A stretch of DNA of 64,000 bases from Deltaproteobacteria bacterium (GCA_900299195.1 OMIX01000089.1:2892-66891), one strand, 5' to 3'; counted from the first letter of the stretch, positions 45,823-55,766 are shown. Program-made: numbers and translations. The notes: generated from the sequence alone by a model not told the origin.

Positions 45823-46818
45823 ATGAATCTTAAAGACAGGATTTACATCGCTGGTCATCAAGGCTTGGTAGGATCCGCTATCGTAAGGAACTTAAAAGCT
45901 AAGGGTTTTAAAAACATCATCACAGCCGAACGATCGCAACTCAATTTACTCGATCAAACTGACGTACAAGAGTTTTTCAAAGAAAATAACTTTGACTATG
46001 TCCTTGTAGCGGCTGCTAAAGTAGGAGGAATTCTCGCCAATAGCTCCTACCCCGCAGATTTTATTTACGAAAATTTAACGATAGCGACTCATGTCATTCA
46101 TTCCGCTTACCAAAGCAAAGTAAAGAAGCTTTTATACTTAGGAAGTAGCTGTATTTATCCTAAAGATTGTCCTCAACCCATGAAAGAGGAACATCTGCTC
46201 ACAGGACCTTTGGAGCCGACTAACGAAGCCTATGCGATTGCAAAAATTGCGGGGCTAAAACTGTGTGAATTTTATCGTTCTCAATACGGACAAAATTTTA
46301 TAGCCGCCATGCCCACTAATCTGTATGGCCCTTTCGATAATTTTCATCCTCAAAACAGCCACGTTTTACCCGCTCTTATCAGAAGGTTTCATGAAGCTAA
46401 GGAAACAGGGGCTAAACAGGTTACCGTTTGGGGAAGCGGAAGACCCATTCGGGAACTGCTCTTCGTTGATGATTTAGCAGAAGCCCTTGTTCTTCTCATG
46501 GAGAAATATGAATCCGGGGAGGTCATCAACGTAGGAACCGGACAAGGGTACACTATTGCGGAAATTGCTAATCAAGTGCGAGAGGTTGTGGGTTTTGAAG
46601 GTGCGATTGTGTTTGATAAGACAAAACCCGACGGCACACCTAAAAAAGTTCTCAACATAGAAAAAATCTCAAGTCTGGGGTGGAAACCCTCAACGCCTCT
46701 CAAAGAGGGTATTTTGACCACTTATCAATGGGCACTAAAAAATGGAGTCTTCAACCTACCCTCCTCAAAACAAGCACTTCCCACTAACTCAAAGCCTATC
46801 ACAGTAGGGCGCTGCTAA
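45823..46818 (+). CDS. fcl: GDP-L-fucose synthase-like (GDP-4-keto-6-deoxy-sugar 3,5-epimerase/4-reductase, Fcl family)
   Basis: N-terminal RIYIAGHQGLVGSAIVRNL, catalytic YAIAK. Colinear with E. coli Fcl. Confidence 0.85.
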   Translation: MNLKDRIYIAGHQGLVGSAIVRNLKAKGFKNIITAERSQLNLLDQTDVQEFFKENNFDYVLVAAAKVGGILANSSYPADFIYENLTIATHVIHSAYQSKVKKLLYLGSSCIYPKDCPQPMKEEHLLTGPLEPTNEAYAIAKIAGLKLCEFYRSQYGQNFIAAMPTNLYGPFDNFHPQNSHVLPALIRRFHEAKETGAKQVTVWGSGRPIRELLFVDDLAEALVLLMEKYESGEVINVGTGQGYTIAEIANQVREVVGFEGAIVFDKTKPDGTPKKVLNIEKISSLGWKPSTPLKEGILTTYQWALKNGVFNLPSSKQALPTNSKPITVGRC

Positions 46819-46876
46819 TCACATTCCCAAAAAACCTTTGTTGTCAGTATTTCAAAAATAGGCGATAAAACCTGAT

Positions 46877-48751
46877 ATGTGTGGAATCATCGGTTATATA
46901 GGTTTTCAAGATCCTAAAGGGATTCTTTTGGATGGACTTAAACGGTTGGAATACCGAGGATACGATTCTGCCGGAATTGCTATTCTTGAGGGAAATAAAA
47001 CTCTCTTATTCCGTTCTGAAGGTAGAATACAAAAATTGGAAAGTAAGCTGACTCAAGAGCACTTTCAAGGGCATTTGGGAATAGGGCATACTCGTTGGGC
47101 TACTCATGGAGCCCCTACTGAAAACAATGCTCACCCCCATCAAGCTGGCCCCATCACTTTAGTCCACAATGGAATATTGGAAAACTACTTAGACCACAAA
47201 CTTAATCTACAAAAAAACAAAGTTTCTTTCTCGAGTGATACCGACACTGAAGTGATTGCCCACCTCTTTCACCAAGAAATTCAATCGGGAATATCTCTCA
47301 AAGATGCGACCTTCAAAATTTTGCCTACCCTGAAGGGATCTTATGCTTTTGTTGTTATTCATGAAAATGAGCCTGATGTAGTAATAGGCACTGCTCAAGG
47401 AGCTCCGCTAATTATTGGACTAGGAGAGAAAGAGACTTTTCTAGCTTCTGACGTGCAAGCTATTTTGCATCGAACCAATAAAGTCATTTATCTCGAAGAG
47501 GGTCAAGTCGCCGTTTGCAAAAATAATCAAGTCGAGCTTTTTTCTCGAGAGGGTAAAAAACTCGTCCCTCAAATAAAAACTCTACAATGGTCAGCGGAAC
47601 AAATGGAAAAAGCTGGCTATCGACACTACATGCTCAAGGAAATCCACGAGCAATCCCAGGCCATTGCCAACACCATCTCGGGCCACATGGAATCCGTAAG
47701 TGGCACTATTCAAATTCCTGAGATCCTGAAAATCAAAGACAAGCTTAAGACCCTTAACAGAATCTCTATTGTTGCCTGTGGAACTGCAAGACATGCAGGA
47801 CTTGTAGGAAAATATTATTTTGAAAAACTTTCAAGAATCTCAACCGACGTCGATTTTGGATCCGAGTTTAGATATCGACAACCCATCTTAGATAAAAACT
47901 CGTTAACTATTTTAATTTCTCAATCAGGCGAAACAGCAGACACTTTGGCTGGACTTAGAGAGTCAAAATCTCAAGGAGTAGCCACCTTATCCATCTGTAA
48001 TGTGAGAGAAAGTTCTCTGGCTCGAGAATCGGATTTGGTTCTTTACACCAATGCAGGCCCCGAAATTGGAGTAGCTTCCACGAAAGCCTTCACCACGCAA
48101 TTAACCATGCTTTACATGTTGGCGGTTCAGCTAGGAGAAATTCGAGGCACCATTACCAAGGAATATGCCAAAGAATTAGCAACCGATTTGATGCATCTCC
48201 CCCACCTGGTAGACCAAACTTTAAGGCTCGAAAATAAAGTTGAAGAGATTGCACAAAGTTTTCAAGACCATCCGTTTTTCTTCTACATGGGGAGAGATTG
48301 CTTGTACCCCATTGCTCTAGAAGGAGCGCTAAAACTTAAAGAGATCAGTTACGCACATGCAGAGGGGTATCCAGCTGGCGAATTAAAACATGGACCTATT
48401 GCTTTGATTGATCGGCAAGCTGCTGTGATTGTTCTTGCGCCTCGAAATAAAGCGCCGGAAACCCAAACGGATCTGAATGATTTTGATCACAATATTCTGT
48501 TTGATAAAATTTTAAGTAATCTTCAACAAGTAAAAGCTCGAGGGGGACAAATTTTGACAGTGGGAAGTGAAGAAGACTCTCTTTTTCCGAAAGAATCTAA
48601 ATATTTTATAGGTCTACCGAAATGTTCTTGGGCACTTAATCCTATTTTGACCACCCTGCCACTTCAGTTGTTGGCTTATCACATTGCCTCTCTAAGAGGA
48701 ACTGACGTCGATAAACCCAGAAACCTAGCCAAAAGTGTTACGGTAGAATAA
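46877..48751 (+). CDS. glmS: Glutamine--fructose-6-phosphate aminotransferase (isomerizing)
   Basis: N-terminal MCGIIGY nucleophile, two SIS domains, conserved C-terminus ...VDKPRNLAKSVTVE. Confidence 0.95.
   Translation: MCGIIGYIGFQDPKGILLDGLKRLEYRGYDSAGIAILEGNKTLLFRSEGRIQKLESKLTQEHFQGHLGIGHTRWATHGAPTENNAHPHQAGPITLVHNGILENYLDHKLNLQKNKVSFSSDTDTEVIAHLFHQEIQSGISLKDATFKILPTLKGSYAFVVIHENEPDVVIGTAQGAPLIIGLGEKETFLASDVQAILHRTNKVIYLEEGQVAVCKNNQVELFSREGKKLVPQIKTLQWSAEQMEKAGYRHYMLKEIHEQSQAIANTISGHMESVSGTIQIPEILKIKDKLKTLNRISIVACGTARHAGLVGKYYFEKLSRISTDVDFGSEFRYRQPILDKNSLTILISQSGETADTLAGLRESKSQGVATLSICNVRESSLARESDLVLYTNAGPEIGVASTKAFTTQLTMLYMLAVQLGEIRGTITKEYAKELATDLMHLPHLVDQTLRLENKVEEIAQSFQDHPFFFYMGRDCLYPIALEGALKLKEISYAHAEGYPAGELKHGPIALIDRQAAVIVLAPRNKAPETQTDLNDFDHNILFDKILSNLQQVKARGGQILTVGSEEDSLFPKESKYFIGLPKCSWALNPILTTLPLQLLAYHIASLRGTDVDKPRNLAKSVTVE
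48718..48751 (+). repeat. 34-bp direct repeat copy A (authentic glmS 3-prime end)
   Basis: cagaaacctagccaaaagtgttacggtagaataa. Matches 49967-50000 at 33 of 34 positions. Confidence 0.85.
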
Positions 48752-48800
48752 GAGGCTTTGCTTTTATTTAGCGTTCAGCTTTTCCTGAATATACTAAAAG

Positions 48801-49922
48801 TTACTCATAACCCAGACTTTTTAGTTTTAAAGTAACCCTCTGGATAAACCAGTTTCCCAACTTAATCCCTGGTTCTTCAATTAAAACATGGATGAAACTT
48901 GCCACACTGAAAGACACTGCTACCAACAAAATAAAATGAACCAAACTTCCAAAGTTAGACCCAGTTAAGTACTGGGTAAGACCTATTTTTTGAAACAAAT
49001 AGATAATGGCAAAATGAAATAAATATATTCCATAGCTCTGCCTGCCTAGTTTCACAGTTACAAAATTTACGAAAATAACGACTTGATGTAGGGACAGGAA
49101 CATTACGAATATTGAGATAGCTATAGCATCAACAACCCATTGAGGCATAAACAATGGTGATCCAAAGGGTAAGTAAGACCGGAAAACAGTGATTATAAAG
49201 ATGAATCCACCAATCCAGTAAAATCTAACCTTTCTGATCCCGTTTTTTAAAAAACAAAAAGTGATAATTCCGATTAGAAATACCGGAAACTGCGCCAGGA
49301 AATTTAAATAACAAAAATCTCTAACCAGATATTGCTGATTAACAGGATAATTAAATAAACCCATGATGAAAGGCTCACTCATCTTAAGTATCCATAGACT
49401 TGAGAAGAACATTAAAATTGCAAACACGGGAGACCTAACTTCTGATAACAAAAAGGGCACAAGCAAATAGAAAAAAGCTTCATTTGCTATCGACCATCCT
49501 CCAGGTACCAACGAGTTTATTGTTAAAGGATTAAATCCGTGCAAAAATGTTGCGGTAAGAAAAATGTCCCATCTATTTACTCCCATAGGAGCTGAATATC
49601 TAGGTTTCAATCCATTCAAAATAAGAAAAATCACTATCGCTAGATAAAACAGCGGGGCAATCCTAAAAACCCTTTTTAGATAAAAGTTTAATTTGGGGAA
49701 TCTTTCACTAGCCATTTTTGAATACCAGGACATGCAAATAGCAATAGCAGATACAATGAAAAACAATTGGACTCCTAGCATTCCTTTTTTCATTATTCGA
49801 TTTAATAATTCATTTGTGGGAACAGCATATTGACTAGAATGGACAAGAACGACAGCCAAAATGGCTAATCCCTTAAGAGCATCAAGATAGGGATACTTTT
49901 TTATATCCATTGAATAACCCAT
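48801..49922 (-). CDS. Acyltransferase family 3 membrane protein (OatA/OafA-like O-acyltransferase)
   Basis: About 10 TM helices, 373 aa, acyltransferase-3 topology. Flanked by the glmS-end direct repeats. Confidence 0.7.
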   Translation of the reverse strand: MGYSMDIKKYPYLDALKGLAILAVVLVHSSQYAVPTNELLNRIMKKGMLGVQLFFIVSAIAICMSWYSKMASERFPKLNFYLKRVFRIAPLFYLAIVIFLILNGLKPRYSAPMGVNRWDIFLTATFLHGFNPLTINSLVPGGWSIANEAFFYLLVPFLLSEVRSPVFAILMFFSSLWILKMSEPFIMGLFNYPVNQQYLVRDFCYLNFLAQFPVFLIGIITFCFLKNGIRKVRFYWIGGFIFIITVFRSYLPFGSPLFMPQWVVDAIAISIFVMFLSLHQVVIFVNFVTVKLGRQSYGIYLFHFAIIYLFQKIGLTQYLTGSNFGSLVHFILLVAVSFSVASFIHVLIEEPGIKLGNWFIQRVTLKLKSLGYE

Positions 49923-49966
49923 TCTTACTTAGAGTTGCTGTAGCTAAAGTAGATAGGAAGTAGCGC

Positions 49967-50000
49967 CAGAAACCTAGCCAAAAGTGTTACGGTGGAATAA
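49967..50000 (+). repeat. 34-bp direct repeat copy B (displaced remnant of the glmS 3-prime end, encodes ...RNLAKSVTVE*)
   Basis: cagaaacctagccaaaagtgttacggtggaataa. Sits between acyltransferase-3 and wzt. Confidence 0.85.
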
Positions 50001-50002
50001 CT

Positions 50003-50800
50003 TTAAGCGACTTGAGGGAGGTCTTTTTCCTTGCTGTAAAGATCTAACATCTCACTTGCAGATCCCAAGGCAATTACTTTGCCTTGCTTCATGTAAACTC
50101 CTCGATTACAAAGCTTGTTAACGGCTTTTTCATCGTGACTCACAAACAAAATGGTACGACCGCTATTAGCTACAGAACGCATTTTATTTATGCATTTGTT
50201 TTGAAAGGCTGTATCTCCAACTGCTAACACTTCATCTACAAACAAAATAGGTTGATCCAAATGAGCTGCGACAGAAAACGCCAATCGAACGTACATCCCT
50301 GAGGAGTAATGCTTAATTGGAGTATCGATAAATTTTTCGACTTCAGAAAAATCTACAATGGCATCAAACTTAGCTTGAATTTCTCTTCTTCTCATTCCTA
50401 AGATCGCACCATTGAGAAAAATATTTTCTCTTCCTGAAAGCTCAGCATGAAATCCGGTTCCCACTTCCAACAAAGCCGAAGATTTTCCCCTGATGACAGC
50501 TCTACCCTCAGTAGGAAAAGTGATTCGAGAGAGAATTTTTAAAAGGGTCGATTTGCCACATCCGTTGCGACCAATCAATCCTACAATCTCACCCGGCTGC
50601 ACAGAGAAAGAGACATCTTTTAACGCCCAAATATAATCGTTGGAATTTTCGTTTTGCTTATTCCCTTTTAACATTCCTATCGGTCCATTCTCTCTAAGAT
50701 TTTTAGAAAACCTATTAAGAACTTCTCTGATTGAAGTCGTACCGATGACACCCAGGCGATACTGTTTGGAAATATTTTGAACTTCAATTATTGGCTTCAT
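50003..50800 (-). CDS. ABC transporter ATP-binding protein, polysaccharide/O-antigen export type (Wzt/KpsT-like)
   Basis: Walker A GRNGCGKST, signature YSSGMYVRLAF, Walker B ILFVDE. Downstream of the ABC-2 permease. Confidence 0.85.
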   Translation of the reverse strand: MKPIIEVQNISKQYRLGVIGTTSIREVLNRFSKNLRENGPIGMLKGNKQNENSNDYIWALKDVSFSVQPGEIVGLIGRNGCGKSTLLKILSRITFPTEGRAVIRGKSSALLEVGTGFHAELSGRENIFLNGAILGMRRREIQAKFDAIVDFSEVEKFIDTPIKHYSSGMYVRLAFSVAAHLDQPILFVDEVLAVGDTAFQNKCINKMRSVANSGRTILFVSHDEKAVNKLCNRGVYMKQGKVIALGSASEMLDLYSKEKDLPQVA

Positions 50801-50803
50801 AAA

Positions 50804-51691
50804 TTAAATAATATCAACAAAGTCTCTTTCTACTCGGTTAAACATCATCAACCCCAACACCACAGAAACCATAGAAACGATTAAGGATACGAATAAATAT
50901 GACACTTCCAAGGCAGAGGTCCCTAAAAAAACATGACGAAACGTATCTACCACTGCAATGAGGGGGTTAAAAACCGTTAAATAATAGAAACGTTCTGGAA
51001 TTTTACTTACAGGATAAACCACTGGGGTCGCATAAAACCATAACTGAATAAAAAACCCTAAGACATGAGTTAGGTCTTTATATTTCACCGTAATAGCTGC
51101 AAACATCAGCCCTAAACCTAAACACATCGCAGAAGTAATGAGGAGAAGCAAGGGAGTCAAAGCCACGATCTTAATGAGATCGGGATGAATGATATTTCCT
51201 GCCGCAGTAAATAATTTATAAAAAATAAGCAACCCCATAAAAACTAGGAGTTGAGTAAAAAAAATCAATGATTTTGAAATCACCACAGAAAGAGGCATTA
51301 CAAGTCTAGGAAAGTAAACCTTTTGAAAAATATAAGCATTGGCAATTAACACATCCGCAGTTTGTTGAAAGGCAACTGAGAAATAGCCCCAAATGACTAA
51401 CCCGCTAAAATAAAAAAGAAGGTGAGGAATTTCATCCGTTGACATCCCTCCTAGTTTTCCAAAAACGGCAGTTAAAACTCCTGACATCATAATAGGTTGT
51501 ACGATGTACCAAATGGGTCCAAGAATGGTTTGGCGATAACGAGCTATAAACTCTTTTTGTACAAAGAGAGTAATCAAATCTCTAAATTGCCACAACTCTA
51601 CCCAATCGATTCTGAACCACTGATAATTGGCGTCAATTACCGTAGTTGAATTGAGACGGTCCGAGTAGACCTTTTTCAAATATGCGCGCAT
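50804..51691 (-). CDS. ABC-2 type transporter permease (Wzm/KpsM-like)
   Basis: Six TM helices, 295 aa, 3-bp gap to the ATPase gene. Confidence 0.8.
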   Translation of the reverse strand: MRAYLKKVYSDRLNSTTVIDANYQWFRIDWVELWQFRDLITLFVQKEFIARYRQTILGPIWYIVQPIMMSGVLTAVFGKLGGMSTDEIPHLLFYFSGLVIWGYFSVAFQQTADVLIANAYIFQKVYFPRLVMPLSVVISKSLIFFTQLLVFMGLLIFYKLFTAAGNIIHPDLIKIVALTPLLLLITSAMCLGLGLMFAAITVKYKDLTHVLGFFIQLWFYATPVVYPVSKIPERFYYLTVFNPLIAVVDTFRHVFLGTSALEVSYLFVSLIVSMVSVVLGLMMFNRVERDFVDII

Positions 51692-51802
51692 GAGCCAAGT
51701 TTGTTGTTATTAGGAAATTAAGAAGATTCATTTATTATCCTACATTTAGCGAGATTGTATAAGCTAAAATTTGATTTGCAGCGAGGCAACGTGCCTAACA
51801 CA

Positions 51803-54034
51803 CTAAGGCCACAAACGCGCCATGGCCTGAGAAGCCCCAGCTATTCCGCTGAGAACAAGTTGGATGCCATCTAAAATAATGCGGTTGGCCGCAGAGTTCC
51901 CTTGAGTAAAACTGACTGTTTTTAGATGGTTTCCATCATTAATAAAATTACCATTAGATTGATACCTTTTGATCAACATTTGATTGGATGCAGTTCCAAC
52001 TATCAAAATCTGACCAGCTGAATCAACTTCAATATCTTTGGCTTCTGTACTTATAGTATCGGTGATGAGACCTGAGCTTCCAAACGTAGTGTCCAAACCC
52101 AGGTTGGTATTCAGCCTGATCACCGCTAGTTGGGAACCGTTAGTTCCAGCGAGTAAAATTTTTCCAGAAGCATTAAAGGCGATTGGATTGACTGTACCTT
52201 GACCAAATTGAGACAGAGTCAAAGTAGGTGGCAAATTAGCCGGATCAAATCGGGTCACTGACATTTTTGAATCAGAAGAAGTGCCCCCTATCACAATATT
52301 TCCAGAGCCGTCCTTCTTAATGCGGGTGGCCAAAGCAGAAAAGGTAGGGTTCACCAGGTTATTAGGATCCATGGCCCCGGTGACTTTCGGCACAAAGATA
52401 AAATTAAATTTGTTCCCTACCAGAACCAAGTTTCCAACATTAGTAGTTTCAATTCCAATGAGCTCGTCATCTAATGCCATCAGATCTCGGGTTTGTACTG
52501 GAAAATCAGAATTGAGTACCAGATCATTACCCATCAAATTAAGTTTTCCATATAACCAATCCTTCCCCGAACTTCCTCCAAAATCGGCCCAGCCAGCAAA
52601 ATAAACATCGGACCCCTCAATCACCATGGAGTTAATACGCGAGGAGTTACCTATGGTATCACTCACATTGAACTCAGACTTAACGGCACCCGTATCTCTG
52701 TCTACCAAAGCTAAATAGCCCCTCTCAACTGAAGAAACGATTTTGTATCCAGCAATCAAATAGCCCTCAGAAATTTTAATGATCGACAAGATTTCTCCAG
52801 GTGAAAGAGCCAACTTGCCATCACTACTAAAAGCAGTGTCCAACACTAAGTGAGTGACGTTAAGGGTAGCCGTAGCGTTAGTTAATCCAGTCGAGCTTCC
52901 AGTGAGAGTCACGCTAGTTACTGCGATAGAGGTGACTTTAAAGAACAGTGCCGCTGAAGGCGACGCACTGCTGATCCCCACCGAAGTTCTAATGTTACTT
53001 CCACTTTGACAATCACTTAAGCTTGTAAAAAACTGACCGTTCCCGCCTGAAGATAAGCTCACGGTCTTATTGTTCTCACTAAACGCATTCCCCAACCCAT
53101 CTCTCGATGTGATAGTGAACGAGCCACTACACACACCGACGTTTAAGGTGGCGGGTGCGGAATCAAAAGTTAACGCGGTAGCCGTTCGGGTCACAGCGAT
53201 AGTGGCTGTTCCATTTGAAACTATCGGATCACTTACTGCCAAAGAAGAAGTGATGACTCTCGAATTGGTATTTATGCTTGTGACTTTAAAAGAAAGATTA
53301 CCCGTTGTGGTATTATTCTCAGGAATGCTGACTGAGGTCGTTTCATTAACACAATCATTCCCAGTATAAAATTTGGCTTCGAAATTAACTCCTAAGCTAA
53401 TCTGGGTTTCAGTTCCTCGGGTAAATGGGTTACCCAGTCCATCGATACTTGTCACCGTAAGTCCACTCGCACAAACACCAACATTAGCCGAATTGGGATT
53501 CCCATTAAACCTAAGGGCCGTAACTACCCTCTTAACCTCCGAGCGGCCTATCTCGCTCGAAAATCCACGACTGCTAGCAGAAAAAGCGACAGGATTGCTG
53601 GTAGCTTGATTGTAATCGTAATTAGTTGGCTTATAGTAAATCAGTTTTCGACTTTCCCCAGCGTTCATGGGAATTGAAGTCATACTCGCGCCAGAACAAT
53701 TGGAAGTAGTATAAAAATTCCCCCCTTGCCCCGTGGCTTCGAGATTCACAACTATAGAACTTTTAAGTCGAACTTCAATAGAGCTTCCTCGATTCACTGC
53801 AGTTGCCACGCTCACATCCACGGGCTCACAGAGGGTCAGTCCGAGTTCCGCTTTTCTTGATTTGATAAGAATACGACTGGGTAACAATGCCGGATCCTCT
53901 GAAAAATTGAGTGCCTGCTTTTGGGGAGCTTTTTCCTCATCAAAAGACATGAAACCAAACTGACAAGAGGTTAAGACAAAGGTAAGAAGAAGAGCTAAAA
54001 GACGATTTAGGAATGTTAAAAACGTGCTTTTCAT
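51803..54034 (-). CDS. Large surface lipoprotein with tandem Ig-like (about 100 aa) repeats and a Gly/Asn-rich C-terminal repeat region
   Basis: Lipobox LTSC. Repeated blocks (ALRFNGNPNSANVGVCASGLTVTSIDGLGNPF / ALTFDSAPATLNVGVCSGSFTITSRDGLGNAF). Thr/Ser/Asn-rich. Directly upstream of wzm/wzt. Confidence 0.55.
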   Translation of the reverse strand: MKSTFLTFLNRLLALLLTFVLTSCQFGFMSFDEEKAPQKQALNFSEDPALLPSRILIKSRKAELGLTLCEPVDVSVATAVNRGSSIEVRLKSSIVVNLEATGQGGNFYTTSNCSGASMTSIPMNAGESRKLIYYKPTNYDYNQATSNPVAFSASSRGFSSEIGRSEVKRVVTALRFNGNPNSANVGVCASGLTVTSIDGLGNPFTRGTETQISLGVNFEAKFYTGNDCVNETTSVSIPENNTTTGNLSFKVTSINTNSRVITSSLAVSDPIVSNGTATIAVTRTATALTFDSAPATLNVGVCSGSFTITSRDGLGNAFSENNKTVSLSSGGNGQFFTSLSDCQSGSNIRTSVGISSASPSAALFFKVTSIAVTSVTLTGSSTGLTNATATLNVTHLVLDTAFSSDGKLALSPGEILSIIKISEGYLIAGYKIVSSVERGYLALVDRDTGAVKSEFNVSDTIGNSSRINSMVIEGSDVYFAGWADFGGSSGKDWLYGKLNLMGNDLVLNSDFPVQTRDLMALDDELIGIETTNVGNLVLVGNKFNFIFVPKVTGAMDPNNLVNPTFSALATRIKKDGSGNIVIGGTSSDSKMSVTRFDPANLPPTLTLSQFGQGTVNPIAFNASGKILLAGTNGSQLAVIRLNTNLGLDTTFGSSGLITDTISTEAKDIEVDSAGQILIVGTASNQMLIKRYQSNGNFINDGNHLKTVSFTQGNSAANRIILDGIQLVLSGIAGASQAMARLWP

Positions 54035-54405
54035 CGACCGACTACGCCCCTCAATACACTATGATTCACGATTGAGAGGTCCAATTAACATGCCAACAAA
54101 ACTGACAACTGTCTCATCCTTAGTCAGCCAAGCAACTCTGAGTGATTTTGAAGTTCGGAAATTAAGCAACTAATTCAACAACTAAGAAATCACTAAAAAC
54201 AACTCGCAATTATGTCGAACAAATCACATTTATGACTTTTTGAAAATCGTCGAAGAACTATACATTCGGGTTTCGGAAAATGCTAAAACCCTGAAATGAC
54301 TTCACTTTAAACATCTACCCTTTAGACACTCTTATAAAAATAAACTCTACTCACAAAATGAGAATGAATTTCTGATACTTAACTAAAATCATCGAAGAAA
54401 GTGTC

Positions 54406-55182
54406 CTAAAAATTGACACCAAAATCGACAAGAACTAAAGGTTTAAAACCGGTTCCTTTCAAATTCAAACTAGAAAATTCTGGATCACCTAGATACTGAA
54501 ATCCAGCCGCCAACCCCACAACCACTCCAATGTCCAATTTGAATCGGTAGCCCCCGGTCAATAATACCTGTAACTCGGTGGACTGTTGCTCGATACTCCC
54601 AGTCGAACTTGACATAAAAGCAAGTCCACCTGCGACCATAATCCAAAGTTCTTTAAAAAATCCTTTGGGATAGAAATTGCCCGTAAGAAGAATAGAGATC
54701 GAATTCAAAGATTTGGTTGAAGAATTAATATTCAAATAACTTGGCATCACACCCAGAGCAAATTCAGGCTCAACAATTCTTTGAAAGTGCAGGGAAGGAT
54801 ACAAAAATGATAAGCCAACAGTACCACTCAAAGTCAAAAGATGGAAAGGCTCTTTGGTAATCGGTAAACTACTAGTGACGATTTCGGGTTCCACCAATAT
54901 CGCAGGTTTTTTAATAGGCGTGCTGGCGATGACTTTATCTCCACGAGCAATTGATTCACTGCCCTCTTTAAGTCTTAAAATGCAAAAATTCTCTTTGACT
55001 CGAATGACATTTCCACAAGCAAACTCTTTTCCATCTTTAACAACACACAACTTGTCATTAAGTTGCCATCTTCGGGTCACATCGTGAGAAACAGCGACCA
55101 TTCGACTATCACTGCCCACTTTGATAACTTCAGCCCCCCACACAACTCCAGAGACTAATGAAATAAGAAAAATGAGTTTCAT
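54406..55182 (-). CDS. Putative outer-membrane beta-barrel protein
   Basis: Signal peptide, alternating amphipathic strands, C-terminal ...DFGVNF ending in Phe. Confidence 0.45.
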   Translation of the reverse strand: MKLIFLISLVSGVVWGAEVIKVGSDSRMVAVSHDVTRRWQLNDKLCVVKDGKEFACGNVIRVKENFCILRLKEGSESIARGDKVIASTPIKKPAILVEPEIVTSSLPITKEPFHLLTLSGTVGLSFLYPSLHFQRIVEPEFALGVMPSYLNINSSTKSLNSISILLTGNFYPKGFFKELWIMVAGGLAFMSSSTGSIEQQSTELQVLLTGGYRFKLDIGVVVGLAAGFQYLGDPEFSSLNLKGTGFKPLVLVDFGVNF

Positions 55183-55742
55183 GAGACTTTTATTTTTCTA
55201 TCAGGTACCGTTTGGGCCATCGCTAGCAAATCCGAAAAAATCTGATACTTATTATAACCCATTTTGCGTTGGAGTTCAGATAAGGTTTCACTCCCCTTTC
55301 CCGTCAGGACTAAACAACCCTTGCCCCCTAAATTATCAGCCAATTCCAAATCACACATTTTATCCCCTACAGTAAAACTGTCCTCCCAAGAAATCGAATG
55401 TTCACCAAACGTTTTAGGAATGAGCTCAATTCCTGGTTTGCGACAAAAACACTTATCTTCAGGAGTGTGAAAGCAATAAGCAAAGCCATCTACTCGGCAT
55501 TGAAAATCGGAAAGATGAGCACAGAACTTCTCATGAACTTTTTTAAATTCGAGGTCCGAGATCAAACCTCGCCCAACCCCCGATTGATTACTCACCACAA
55601 AAAGTAGATACCCTTTTTCTCTTAAGAGCCTCAACCCTTCGACGGCATTGGGAAGTAATTTTACCTTGTCCGGATCTTTCGGATAGTGTTGGTCCTCAAT
55701 CAGAGTCCCGTCTCGATCCAGAAAAATAGCTGCTAACTTCAA
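55179..55742 (-). CDS. gmhB: D,D-heptose 1,7-bisphosphate phosphatase (GmhB), Zn-binding type
   Basis: AIFLDRDGT, VVSNQSG, CFHTPEDKCFCRKPG (Cys4-type Zn loop), VGDK. Colinear with E. coli GmhB. Confidence 0.85.
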   Translation of the reverse strand: MKLAAIFLDRDGTLIEDQHYPKDPDKVKLLPNAVEGLRLLREKGYLLFVVSNQSGVGRGLISDLEFKKVHEKFCAHLSDFQCRVDGFAYCFHTPEDKCFCRKPGIELIPKTFGEHSISWEDSFTVGDKMCDLELADNLGGKGCLVLTGKGSETLSELQRKMGYNKYQIFSDLLAMAQTVPDRKIKVS

Positions 55743-55766
55743 AAGACTTACCCCTTACCGGTACGC

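Noticed and set aside
55179-55742. HAD phosphatase next to kdsA as KdsC (KDO-8-P phosphatase).
   Set aside because: The sequence carries the GmhB-specific FLDRDGT plus Cys4 zinc loop plus CRKP pattern rather than the KdsC motif set. A KdsC-like role cannot be fully excluded.
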